A DNA stretch of 64,000 bases, from NCBI GenBank assembly GCA_043787975.1, contig JAYVUK010000007.1, positions 18,553 through 82,552 of the forward strand, in the 5' to 3' direction. This DNA comes from Bacteroidota bacterium. GTDB lineage: Bacteria; Bacteroidota; Bacteroidia; AKYH767-A; 2013-40CM-41-45. A program made the translations under genes and the position numbers. Below the pieces are notes generated by a model. It did no database searches. It saw only the letters and a list, made by a program, of their open reading frames with translations, and was not told where the DNA came from. Numbering within the stretch: position 1 is the stretch's first letter; every line of letters starts with the position of its first letter. Shown here piece after piece: positions 9,399-18,020 of the stretch.

Positions 9399-10733
9399 AT
9401 GCGCCAAAGAAAGATTTTTAAAATAAGCGACTACCGGTTCAAACAACGCTTACTTGCCTGGACGACAGAGCATAAAATTGTTTGTATTCTCAGTAGCAAC
9501 AGTGATAAACAACTGTTCAAGGATTCTTATTCAAAATTTGATTTGACTATTGCTTTAGATTCGGTTTCAGAAATTCAAAAACCTGAATCCGGAAATAGTT
9601 TTGACCTACTGGAGAGTTTCTATGAATCAAAGAAGGATTGGATTTTCGGCTTTCTTACCTATGATTTAAAGAATGAAACGGAAAACCTGCGATCTGAAAA
9701 CCAAGACAGACTTGAGTTTCCGGAGATCCACTTCTTCCAGCCAAGATTAGTTCTGAACTTCAGTAGTGAAAACTCTGAACTCGAGATTTTATACTTAAAG
9801 AATTTCGATACTGAGTTAACAATTCAAAAAATCGTTGATGAAATTTCTAACTATGAAATTCAGGAAGCGGATGAACCTAACATTACTATTCAGCAAAAAA
9901 TTTCGAAAGAAGAATACATCTCAACGGTACGTAAAATCAAAGAGTATATTCAGCTTGGAGATATTTACGAGATGAATTACTGTGTGGAGTTTTTTGCAGA
10001 AGGAATGTCTATCAACCCTTTTGAAATTTACGACCGGCTAAACGAAACGTCTCCGATGCCATTTTCATGTTTTTACCGGATGAATGATCACCATGCGCTG
10101 TGTGCAAGTCCTGAACGGTTTCTTGCAAAGAGAGAAAATAAAATTATTGCTCAACCGATCAAAGGAACCGCACGAAGAGGACAAACCCCGGAAGAAGATG
10201 ATCAGATTAAACTGAACTTGCGGAATGATTCCAAGGAGCAATCTGAAAATGTAATGATTGTTGATCTTGTCCGGAATGATCTGTCACGCTCCGCAAAAAA
10301 GGCAAGCGTTGTGGTAGAAGAGTTATTCGGCATTTATACATTCAAACAATTGCACCAGATGATCTCAACTGTAGTTTCGGAAAAAAGTGATGCTGTTAAT
10401 TCAATCGATGTGATTAAACAGTGTTTCCCAATGGGATCCATGACCGGCGCTCCGAAAATCCGCGCCATGCAACTGATTGAACACTTTGAAAAAACAAAAC
10501 GAGGTCTGTATTCAGGCTGTATCGGTTATATTTCTCATGACGGAGACTTTGATTTCAACGTGGTGATAAGGAGCATTCTTTATAATGCAGAAAAAAAATG
10601 TTTGTCATTCATGGTCGGAAGTGCGATTACGGCAAATTCAATTCCTGAAAAAGAATACGAAGAATGTTTGCTGAAAGCGAAATCAATGCTGAATGTTTTA
10701 TCTTCACAGTATCGTTCAACTGTCAATGAATAA
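9399..10733 (+). CDS. pabB: Chorismate-binding enzyme, aminodeoxychorismate or anthranilate synthase component I-like
   Basis: It has the C-terminal chorismate-binding signature GSMTGAPKIRAMQLIE...RGLYSGCIGYI. Confidence 0.75.
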   Translation: MRQRKIFKISDYRFKQRLLAWTTEHKIVCILSSNSDKQLFKDSYSKFDLTIALDSVSEIQKPESGNSFDLLESFYESKKDWIFGFLTYDLKNETENLRSENQDRLEFPEIHFFQPRLVLNFSSENSELEILYLKNFDTELTIQKIVDEISNYEIQEADEPNITIQQKISKEEYISTVRKIKEYIQLGDIYEMNYCVEFFAEGMSINPFEIYDRLNETSPMPFSCFYRMNDHHALCASPERFLAKRENKIIAQPIKGTARRGQTPEEDDQIKLNLRNDSKEQSENVMIVDLVRNDLSRSAKKASVVVEELFGIYTFKQLHQMISTVVSEKSDAVNSIDVIKQCFPMGSMTGAPKIRAMQLIEHFEKTKRGLYSGCIGYISHDGDFDFNVVIRSILYNAEKKCLSFMVGSAITANSIPEKEYEECLLKAKSMLNVLSSQYRSTVNE

Positions 10734-12087
10734 TATTTCCGGCTCTGATCTCCTTCAAAAATTTCTTGATTTCATTAAGAAGGAAAATCTTTTTAAACCG
10801 ACCGATAAAATCCTACTGACAGTAAGTGGTGGTCTCGATTCAGTGGTGATGGCAGCGTTGTTTTCTCAATCCAATTTCAACTTTTCAATTGCTCATTGCA
10901 ACTTTCAACTTCGCAGTAAAGAATCGGATGCCGACGAACGTTTCGTAAAATCTTTGGCAAAAAAATATCGTGTCAGTTTTTTCACCCAAAAATTTACTAC
11001 TGAATTGTTTGCAAAAGAAAACAAATTTTCCATCCAGGAAGCAGCCAGGATTCTGCGATACGATTGGTTCTCTCACATCCGAACAAAAAATAATCTATCC
11101 CTTATTGCAACCGCGCACCATCTTGATGATAACATTGAAACATTCTTTATCAATCTTTTTCGCGGTACCGGAATTTCAGGATTAGCCGGGATACAACCGA
11201 TTAGTGAGGATGTTGTTCGTCCGATCTTATTTGCCACCAGGAAAGAGATTGAAGTATTTGCAAAAGAGAACAAACTGAAATACAGGGAAGACAGTTCGAA
11301 TGCGACAGATGACTATTTGAGAAATAAAATCCGTCATCACCTCACTCCTGTTTTGAAAAAACTGAATCCTGCATTTGAAAAGATAATGGCCCGAACGATT
11401 CACAATCTCCTTTTTGCCGATCATGTTTTCAGCAATGCAATAATTGACCGTGCTGTTCAGTTTACTCACCAGGTAAATGGTATGCCCTATTTTTCAAAAA
11501 AGGAATTACAATTACTCGAATTTCCGGAAGATTACCTGTACGAATTTCTGAGTCCGTTTCATTTTAACGGAGCACAAGTCCGGGAAATTTGGGATTGTAA
11601 ACAATCGGGAAAAATTTTTTATTCGAATGAGTTTCGTGTCATCTGCGACCGTGACAAAATAATTTTTGCATTGAAATCTGAACAGGATAACCTGATTCAT
11701 TCCATTCAACAAGATCAAAAGACTTTTAACAATAAAAACTTCGCACTCAAGTTAAAAAATGTTCAATTAAATGACAGGAAGAAATTCAAGCTCCCATCAG
11801 ACAACTCTGTTGCCTGTCTTGATTCATCTTTGTTGAGTTTTCCACTCATTCTAAGAAAATGGAAAACCGGCGATTCATTTTTCCCGTTAGGAATGAATCA
11901 TCGGAAAAAGTTAAGTGATTTTTTTACAGACAAAAAATTTTCAATCGCTGAAAAGGAAAATGTATTTGTGCTACTATCCGGAAAGGACATTGTTTTCATT
12001 TTGGGTCATCGTATCGATGATCGTTACAAAGTGACTGACAAAACGAAAAAAGTGTTTCGCATTGACTATATTAGCAACCTGAAATGA
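10726..12087 (+). CDS. tilS: tRNA(Ile)-lysidine synthetase
   Basis: It has the PP-loop SGGLDS. The likely start is ATG at 10726, which overlaps the pabB stop (ATGAATAA). The ORF track offers an upstream alternative at 10693. Confidence 0.85.
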   Translation: MNNISGSDLLQKFLDFIKKENLFKPTDKILLTVSGGLDSVVMAALFSQSNFNFSIAHCNFQLRSKESDADERFVKSLAKKYRVSFFTQKFTTELFAKENKFSIQEAARILRYDWFSHIRTKNNLSLIATAHHLDDNIETFFINLFRGTGISGLAGIQPISEDVVRPILFATRKEIEVFAKENKLKYREDSSNATDDYLRNKIRHHLTPVLKKLNPAFEKIMARTIHNLLFADHVFSNAIIDRAVQFTHQVNGMPYFSKKELQLLEFPEDYLYEFLSPFHFNGAQVREIWDCKQSGKIFYSNEFRVICDRDKIIFALKSEQDNLIHSIQQDQKTFNNKNFALKLKNVQLNDRKKFKLPSDNSVACLDSSLLSFPLILRKWKTGDSFFPLGMNHRKKLSDFFTDKKFSIAEKENVFVLLSGKDIVFILGHRIDDRYKVTDKTKKVFRIDYISNLK

Positions 12088-12572
12088 GCGCACAGGAAAA
12101 ACCACTTTTCGAAGAGAAGCAGTACATCGGCTACAACCAGCTTTCCATGCTACGAAGACTGTCTTTATCGATGTTTTGTTTTGCCGTGTACTGGTGGAAA
12201 ATTCATAACCAAAGAGACGGAGACCTATTCTTCTGGCTTGGGATGAGCATCATTTTCATCTCCATTGTTTTACTTTTTATTCTACATATCAAAATCACAG
12301 TTTATAAAAACAATATTGTGCTCGATGGTTTGTGGACAACACGAAAAGTCAAAATTGATCTAAGCAACATTGTAAAAATAGAACGCAGAAAATACAGTCA
12401 TTACCATCTCAATAATCCTGTTTTCAACTTACATTTAAAAGGAACCATCCGCTTTTATACCGGTGGAAATGATGCCGTGGAAATTACGGACAACGATGGT
12501 CAGCCTTACCGTATCGGAACTCAAAAGGCCATAGAGCTTGAACGGATACTCAAGGAGTTAACAGGCAAATAA
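12084..12572 (+). CDS. Hypothetical small membrane protein (two TM helices then a soluble domain)
   Basis: It is a 162-aa ORF with a 4-nt overlap with the tilS stop. No recognisable family. Confidence 0.5.
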   Translation: MSAQEKPLFEEKQYIGYNQLSMLRRLSLSMFCFAVYWWKIHNQRDGDLFFWLGMSIIFISIVLLFILHIKITVYKNNIVLDGLWTTRKVKIDLSNIVKIERRKYSHYHLNNPVFNLHLKGTIRFYTGGNDAVEITDNDGQPYRIGTQKAIELERILKELTGK

Positions 12573-12575
12573 AAG

Positions 12576-12652
12576 AGTTTAATGGTTTAATAGTTCATTA
12601 GTTCAACAGTACGATCAACTATTGAACTAATGAGCCATTGAACTACTGAACT
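12576..12652. terminator. Imperfect palindrome between convergent genes, likely a bidirectional terminator
   Basis: AGTTCATTAGTTCAA at 12592-12606 is complementary to TTGAACTAATGAGCC at 12623-12637 in 13 of 15 positions. It is built from GTTCAA and GAACTA words. Confidence 0.35.
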
Positions 12653-13484
12653 AGTCTTTCACATGAAAAGCAAGCAATGGAATGTGTGTGTGAAAAGCCA
12701 TTCGCTTTGTTTTGCTGCGGTTAAAAATCTTTTGGAAGAATGTACGGTGATGCATGGACATGGCGAGCATATCGGCTCTCACTTCATCGAGGTAAAAATT
12801 TAGACCGTCAATTACATCGCGGCTTTCGAGGAGTTTGAAGCTTACCTTTTCATATTTACTGTCCTCCTTGATACGTTCTTTAAAGGTTTCAATGGCTGCG
12901 AACTCGTAGGCTGTATCCAGGTCACCGTTTGAAATGTGAAGCAAGATTACTTCTGCATCAAACTTACGCGCTATGTCAATGACATTTTCTATGTTTTCAA
13001 AATCGTTCTCTGCATAATTGGTAGCGAACACCATTTTGTGTAGACCTTTGAAAGCTGCATTTTCAGGAATCGCCAGCACAGGACACGCTGTATCTTCCAT
13101 CACAGCAGCGGTAATGCTTCCAATCAGAACTTCACGTAAACCACTTGCACCCTGGGTTCCCATGATTACGAGATCCGTCTTTTTATCAGCTGTAGCAGCA
13201 ACAATTTCATCTTCCGCGTAGCCATCGAGAATCATGGTTTCAATTTCCATCCCGGGATACTCTGCCTGCAATTTTTCTTTCAGATTTTTCATTCCTTTTT
13301 GTGCAATGGTTTTCAACTCGTCATCAGAAGGAATTACAACAGGCATATCGCTCGCAAAAGCAGGAACCACATAGGAATGAAACAACAGCGCTTTCGCTTT
13401 CAGTTTTTTATTAAGCTCCAAAGCGAAATGAACAGCATTGTCTGAGTTCTTTGAGAAGTCAGTCGGAATGAGGATGGTTTTCAT
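12651..13484 (-). CDS. Universal stress protein with tandem Usp domains
   Basis: Two UspA-like halves are present (ILIPTDFS...VIMGTQGASG and ...LLHISNG...AMSMHHRT). Confidence 0.8.
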   Translation of the reverse strand: MKTILIPTDFSKNSDNAVHFALELNKKLKAKALLFHSYVVPAFASDMPVVIPSDDELKTIAQKGMKNLKEKLQAEYPGMEIETMILDGYAEDEIVAATADKKTDLVIMGTQGASGLREVLIGSITAAVMEDTACPVLAIPENAAFKGLHKMVFATNYAENDFENIENVIDIARKFDAEVILLHISNGDLDTAYEFAAIETFKERIKEDSKYEKVSFKLLESRDVIDGLNFYLDEVRADMLAMSMHHRTFFQKIFNRSKTKRMAFHTHIPLLAFHVKD

Positions 13485-13675
13485 GACGGTGTTTATTTTA
13501 GCGTTAAGATTAAGAACGATGAGATAAAAATAACATTTATTTTAATTCAATAGCCTGTAAAATAAAACCTTCATTCAAGGAACAACTATGATTGAAATCA
13601 TGCGACACACTGAAGCAAGCACATCCTGTAAAATCTACTTTAAATAAAGATGTATACTTTGTGGAACTGAATCGA

Positions 13676-14239
13676 TTATGAATTCATTTTCCATTTAATG
13701 TTGCAACCCAAACTGGGTCGTTGAAAATCGGAAACAGGCTTTCCGGCAAGCATGTTATTCAATGCTTCCCGCATGTCCTTTCCGGTCACAGGAACTGAAA
13801 GCGATGGTCTCGAATCATCCAACTGTCCTCGGTAAACGAGTTTTTGCTGGTGATCAAAAATATAAAAGTCAGGTGTACACGCCGCATCAAAATGATGAGC
13901 CAGCTCCTGCGTTTCATCGTACAAATAAGGGAAAGGATAGTTGAGTGATTGAGCTGCTTTTTTCATTTCAGCAGGTGAATCTTCAGGATAATTTTCCACA
14001 TCGTTCGAATTGATGGCAACAAAATTTACACCTCTTGAAATGAAATCATTTGCAAGCCGAACCAATTCAGCATTCACATACTTTACGTACGGACAATGAT
14101 TGCAGATGAACATGATGACAGATGCCTTTGCGCCGGTTAAACTTCCGGATGAATAATTTTTCCCTGAAACAACATCGGGCAATTCAAATTCTGGAAGCAA
14201 AGTCCCCAGCGGAATCATCTTGGAAGGTGTACGAGCCAT
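13676..14239 (-). CDS. Thioredoxin-fold family protein
   Basis: It has the CxxC motif CNHCPY in a thioredoxin-like context. Length is 187 aa. Confidence 0.7.
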   Translation of the reverse strand: MARTPSKMIPLGTLLPEFELPDVVSGKNYSSGSLTGAKASVIMFICNHCPYVKYVNAELVRLANDFISRGVNFVAINSNDVENYPEDSPAEMKKAAQSLNYPFPYLYDETQELAHHFDAACTPDFYIFDHQQKLVYRGQLDDSRPSLSVPVTGKDMREALNNMLAGKPVSDFQRPSLGCNIKWKMNS

Positions 14240-14333
14240 GGTAAGAAATAAAGAATTAAAAAAAGTGTTAAAGTAAAATTCCTTTTAAGATAAATTTCAC
14301 TTACACCTCATTAGAATTACGCAAATTTTATTT

Positions 14334-14633
14334 TTATGCGGCGTTGATTTTGTATTCCTTTATGGACTTAAATTCATTCACTTTTGCAGACTGTTCTTCT
14401 TCGATGTCGTAATCATCTTGCAATCCAAGCCAAAACTTTGGTGAGTTTCCAAAATATATGCTAAGCCTTAAGGCCGTATCAGCAGTAATACGCCTATTTA
14501 ACTTAAGGATTTCAGAAATTCTGGTTTGTGGAATTCCAATGTCCTTTGAAAGTCTGTATGCAGAAATATTTAACGGCAGTAGAAATTCTTCTAAGAGAAT
14601 TTCACCGGGATGAATGTTTTTTAATTTTTTCAT
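14334..14633 (-). CDS. higA: HigA-family antitoxin (XRE helix-turn-helix)
   Basis: Its sequence (GEILLEEFLLPLNISAYRLSKDIGIPQTRISEILK...) is classic HigA/VapI. It lies immediately downstream of the toxin gene. Confidence 0.85.
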   Translation of the reverse strand: MKKLKNIHPGEILLEEFLLPLNISAYRLSKDIGIPQTRISEILKLNRRITADTALRLSIYFGNSPKFWLGLQDDYDIEEEQSAKVNEFKSIKEYKINAA

Positions 14634-14644
14634 GACTATTGAAT

Positions 14645-14926
14645 TTAATGGTAATCCATTATTTCGACTTCTGTTGCATTCTTTTTATTCCATTTGAAAA
14701 TAATCCTCCATTGATCATTAATTCGAATGCTATGGTAATCTCTTAACTTTCCTGAAAGCTTTTCCAGCCGATTTGAAGGTGGAATTCGCAGATCTTCTAA
14801 ACTAATAGAGTTGTTGAGCATTCTAAGTTTTCTGCGAGCAATTTCTTGAAGTTCAACAGATGGCTTCCGGATTCTATCTCCATTCCAAACTTTCTCCGTG
14901 TCCTTTGATCCAAATGAAACAATCAT
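14645..14926 (-). CDS. higB: HigB-family toxin (RelE/ParE superfamily killer protein)
   Basis: It is 93 aa with ...RLEKLSGKLRDYHSIRINDQWRIIFKW.... The toxin-first gene order is characteristic of HigBA. Confidence 0.85.
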   Translation of the reverse strand: MIVSFGSKDTEKVWNGDRIRKPSVELQEIARRKLRMLNNSISLEDLRIPPSNRLEKLSGKLRDYHSIRINDQWRIIFKWNKKNATEVEIMDYH

Positions 14927-15216
14927 AAGTTAGTTGCTTACTAACGCCAAAGGTAAGTAATTGATTTAAAAAGTCCAACATGTAATATCTGAGCCCTTTA
15001 TACTTAATGTATGGTTCGAACTCAATCATTTTATATTCCCACGTTCAGGTAGTCTTCAGGCTGGCTTGTCAGGGAATTGGGATTACAACTGTTTACTAAA
15101 AGAAAAATCAAAATGAACACCAAGCCACAGGGATCATACTTGGCCAATGAACCATTGAACCATTAAACAACTGAACTGATGAACCATTAAACGGTTAATT
15201 AAATTGGAAACAAAAA

Positions 15217-15246
15217 AGCCGTCTTGTTGAGACGGCTTTTTGTTTC
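15217..15246. terminator. Bidirectional rho-independent terminator downstream of tRNA-Lys
   Basis: The perfect stem AGCCGTCT/AGACGGCT with loop TGTTG is flanked by an A-run on one side and TTTTTGTTT on the other. Confidence 0.6.
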
Positions 15247-15252
15247 TGGTTG

Positions 15253-15325
15253 TGATCCCGCTGGGATTCGAACCCAGGACCCCTACATTAAAAGTGTAAT
15301 GCTCTACCAGCTGAGCTACGGAATC
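15253..15325 (-). tRNA. tRNA-Lys (anticodon UUU)
   Basis: The reverse complement folds as a cloverleaf with a GATTCCG/CGGGATC acceptor stem (one G-U pair), a GCTC/GAGC D-stem, an anticodon loop CTTTTAA and a T-arm CTGGGTTCGAATCCCAG. CCA is not encoded. Confidence 0.9.
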
Positions 15326-15347
15326 ATTCTCTTTTTTTAAGAGGCTG

Positions 15348-15355
15348 CAAAAATA
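15348..15355 (-). promoter_or_regulatory. Candidate Bacteroidota -7 promoter element (TATTTTTG) for tRNA-Lys
   Basis: The minus strand reads TATTTTTGCA about 22 nt upstream of the tRNA 5' end. The same TGCAAAAATA word precedes rpsU. Confidence 0.3.
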
Positions 15356-15500
15356 GAATTATTCGTTTAAAACAAACACTATTTTTATAATTTTTCAAGA
15401 AATTGTTGACAACTATTATAGTGAATGGTGAATAGTGATAAATGCCTGAAACTATTCACTATTAACTATTCACTGTACACTGTTCACTGTTCACTAAACA

Positions 15501-16667
15501 TTATTGACCAACGAGCGGATACCTCTTGAATTCTTTTGTTCGATCAAAAAGGTAGCGATACGTCTTCAACACCCGTCTGAGCGTGGTTTCCAGGCTTTCG
15601 GCAATGTTGATCATCTTGGGATTAAAGTCTCCGATCCATTGTATTTCCATCTCATCATATTTTCCGGATGGCTGAATCACATTCGCACCAGAAACAATCA
15701 TGTAGCCGTCTATTCCTTTGCCTTGAAACTCAGGCGCAATGCCAAAGACAAGCCCGACCACTCTTCTGCAAACACCTCTTTTCTTCAACCACAAAAATTT
15801 CAACTTGCTAAACAAATCAAATCGTCCGTTCAGACGACTGACAATCTGGTTGATATCAGGAAGATTGAACCAAAACGCAATCGGTTCATCTTTATAATAG
15901 ACGAACCATGCAAGGTCTTCATCAAGTATGGGTTTCATCTTCCTGAAAAGATTCATTGCCTGGTCTTTGGTCATTTGTTTACTTCCTGAGTGACTCGCCC
16001 ACGCTTTGTTGTAAACGATCGCAAAATCACCGGCAAATTTTCCAAGATTATTTTTTAGAATATGTTGTGCCGAATAATCCTTGTCACCTGAAAACCGGTT
16101 GTAACGTTCATAAAATTTGTCATGCGCACGTTTCTTCAGATCCAGAGAATAACAGAATTGATTGAAATAAGTTTGGAACCCGTAGTTTTCAAAAAGCGAT
16201 TGATAGTAAGGCGGATTGTAATTCATACAATAAAGAGGAGTGGTAAAACCCTCTGTGAGTAAGCCCCACCAGCGATCACGTTCACCGAAATTAATCGGTC
16301 CGTCCATGGCTTCCATACCCTGGTTTTGCAGCCAGTTTTTGCAGGCATCAAATAACGTATTCGCAGCATGTTGATCATTGATACATTCAAAGAATCCCAT
16401 TCCGCCCGTTGGCTGTTCTTCTTTCTTTGAAATTTTTTCGTTGATGAATGCGGCTACACGACCAATGGTTTTTCCTTCATCATCTTTTAGTAACCAGCGA
16501 ATTGCATTTCCCTGCCTGAAAAATTTATTTTGCTTCGGATCAAAAACCTGTTCAATGTCCTTGTCTAACGGACGAATCCACTGATCATCGTTTTTATAAA
16601 TGATCAATGGAAGCTCAAGAAATTCTTTTTTGTCTTTTTTGGTTTTGACTTCAGTTAAAGAGTTCAA
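15501..16667 (-). CDS. Hypothetical protein, possibly a GNAT-fold acyltransferase-like protein
   Basis: It is a 388-aa ORF with an apparent TTG start. There is no signal peptide. The assignment is tentative. Confidence 0.45.
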   Translation of the reverse strand: MNSLTEVKTKKDKKEFLELPLIIYKNDDQWIRPLDKDIEQVFDPKQNKFFRQGNAIRWLLKDDEGKTIGRVAAFINEKISKKEEQPTGGMGFFECINDQHAANTLFDACKNWLQNQGMEAMDGPINFGERDRWWGLLTEGFTTPLYCMNYNPPYYQSLFENYGFQTYFNQFCYSLDLKKRAHDKFYERYNRFSGDKDYSAQHILKNNLGKFAGDFAIVYNKAWASHSGSKQMTKDQAMNLFRKMKPILDEDLAWFVYYKDEPIAFWFNLPDINQIVSRLNGRFDLFSKLKFLWLKKRGVCRRVVGLVFGIAPEFQGKGIDGYMIVSGANVIQPSGKYDEMEIQWIGDFNPKMINIAESLETTLRRVLKTYRYLFDRTKEFKRYPLVGQ

Positions 16668-16735
16668 AGTTCTTAGTTCAAAGTTTTCAGTTACTTCATT
16701 AGCTAATTATCAAATTAACCAATCATCAAATTATC

Positions 16736-18007
16736 TTAGCATTCAATCCACAATCCCTTATTAAACACCGCCACAGGTCTTCCTTTTAACGTACTTCCAA
16801 TGAAAGGTGTATTTTTAGATTTCGATTTGATGTGTCGCTCTTCCACTTTCCATTCAACTTCGGAATCAAACAACGTAAGGTTTGCCTGTTCACCTTCTTT
16901 GATCACAGGAACGGGAAGCGAAAGTATCTTTCTCGGATTGATTGTAAATTTTTCGATCAGCGTATCGAGCGAAATTGTTTTTTGAATGGCTGTGTTTGCA
17001 ACAGCAAAAGCAGTTTCCAGTCCAATGATCCCGTATGCAGCGAGATCAAATTCTTTTTTCTTGTTCTCCACATCTTCCGGTGTATGATCGGAACAGATGC
17101 CATCAATGGTTCCATCAGCCAATGCTTTCTTCAATGCTTCAATATCTTCTTTTGTTCGCAACGGTGGTTTTACTTTGTAGTTTGTATCGAAGTCATTCAG
17201 TAAAGAGTCATCCAGCAGCAACTGGTGAGCCGCAACATCACACGTCACTTTCATCCCCTTCTTTTTCGCCTCCCGAATTAATTCAATTGACTTTGCTGAT
17301 GAGACGGTTGAAAAATGAATTTTACTTTCAGCATATTCAGCAAGAAACAAATCACGGTTGATCATGGTATTTTCAGCCAACGCAGGAATCCCCTTTAAAC
17401 CGAGTTGAGTGCTTGCAGCACCTTCATTCATTTGTCCGTGGCCTGCAATGTTCTCATCATTCGGATACGACATCACCAGGCCATTGAAATTCTTTCCATA
17501 TAGGAGTGCCCGAAGTAACAGGCCGGAATCCTGAACAGATCTTTTATCATCGGTGAAGGCGCGCGCGCCGGCCTGCGACATGTCATACATTTCTGAAAGA
17601 TCTTTGCCAGCACGATTCACGGATAACACTCCCGAGACAAAAACATCCGTCAGTTCATTTTTTGTTTTGTTGGTGATAAATTCTATTTCCGATTTGCTTT
17701 GAACCGGAGGTTGCGTGGAAGACATGCAAAGCACACCTGTAAAACCTCCGGCAGCAGCGGCCTTGCAACCACTCAGCAAATCTTCCTTGTATTCAAAACC
17801 GGGTTCACCAAAACGAACATGCAAATCAAACCATCCGATGGAAACGTGTTTTCCTTTTCCGTCAAAAATTTTATCAGCTTTATCGGAAATTGAATTTGCT
17901 TCAGCGATTCTTTTAATGATACCATTTTCAATCAACACATCTTTTACCTTTCCATGATGCGGAGAAGATGAATCTAGAATGTTGACTTGCTTAATTAGTA
18001 TGTTCAT
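16736..18007 (-). CDS. pyrC: Dihydroorotase (amidohydrolase superfamily)
   Basis: It contains GWFDLHVRFGEPGFEYKED and the ...DHTPE... metal-ligand motifs typical of dihydroorotase. Confidence 0.8.
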   Translation of the reverse strand: MNILIKQVNILDSSSPHHGKVKDVLIENGIIKRIAEANSISDKADKIFDGKGKHVSIGWFDLHVRFGEPGFEYKEDLLSGCKAAAAGGFTGVLCMSSTQPPVQSKSEIEFITNKTKNELTDVFVSGVLSVNRAGKDLSEMYDMSQAGARAFTDDKRSVQDSGLLLRALLYGKNFNGLVMSYPNDENIAGHGQMNEGAASTQLGLKGIPALAENTMINRDLFLAEYAESKIHFSTVSSAKSIELIREAKKKGMKVTCDVAAHQLLLDDSLLNDFDTNYKVKPPLRTKEDIEALKKALADGTIDGICSDHTPEDVENKKKEFDLAAYGIIGLETAFAVANTAIQKTISLDTLIEKFTINPRKILSLPVPVIKEGEQANLTLFDSEVEWKVEERHIKSKSKNTPFIGSTLKGRPVAVFNKGLWIEC

Positions 18008-18020
18008 TTTTATGTGAATG

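Noticed and set aside
15015-15035. tRNA-like fragment (GGTTCGAACTC) that might mark an att site near tRNA-Lys
   Set aside because: Only about 8 nt match the tRNA T-arm and the remainder diverges, which is too short to support a direct-repeat att site.
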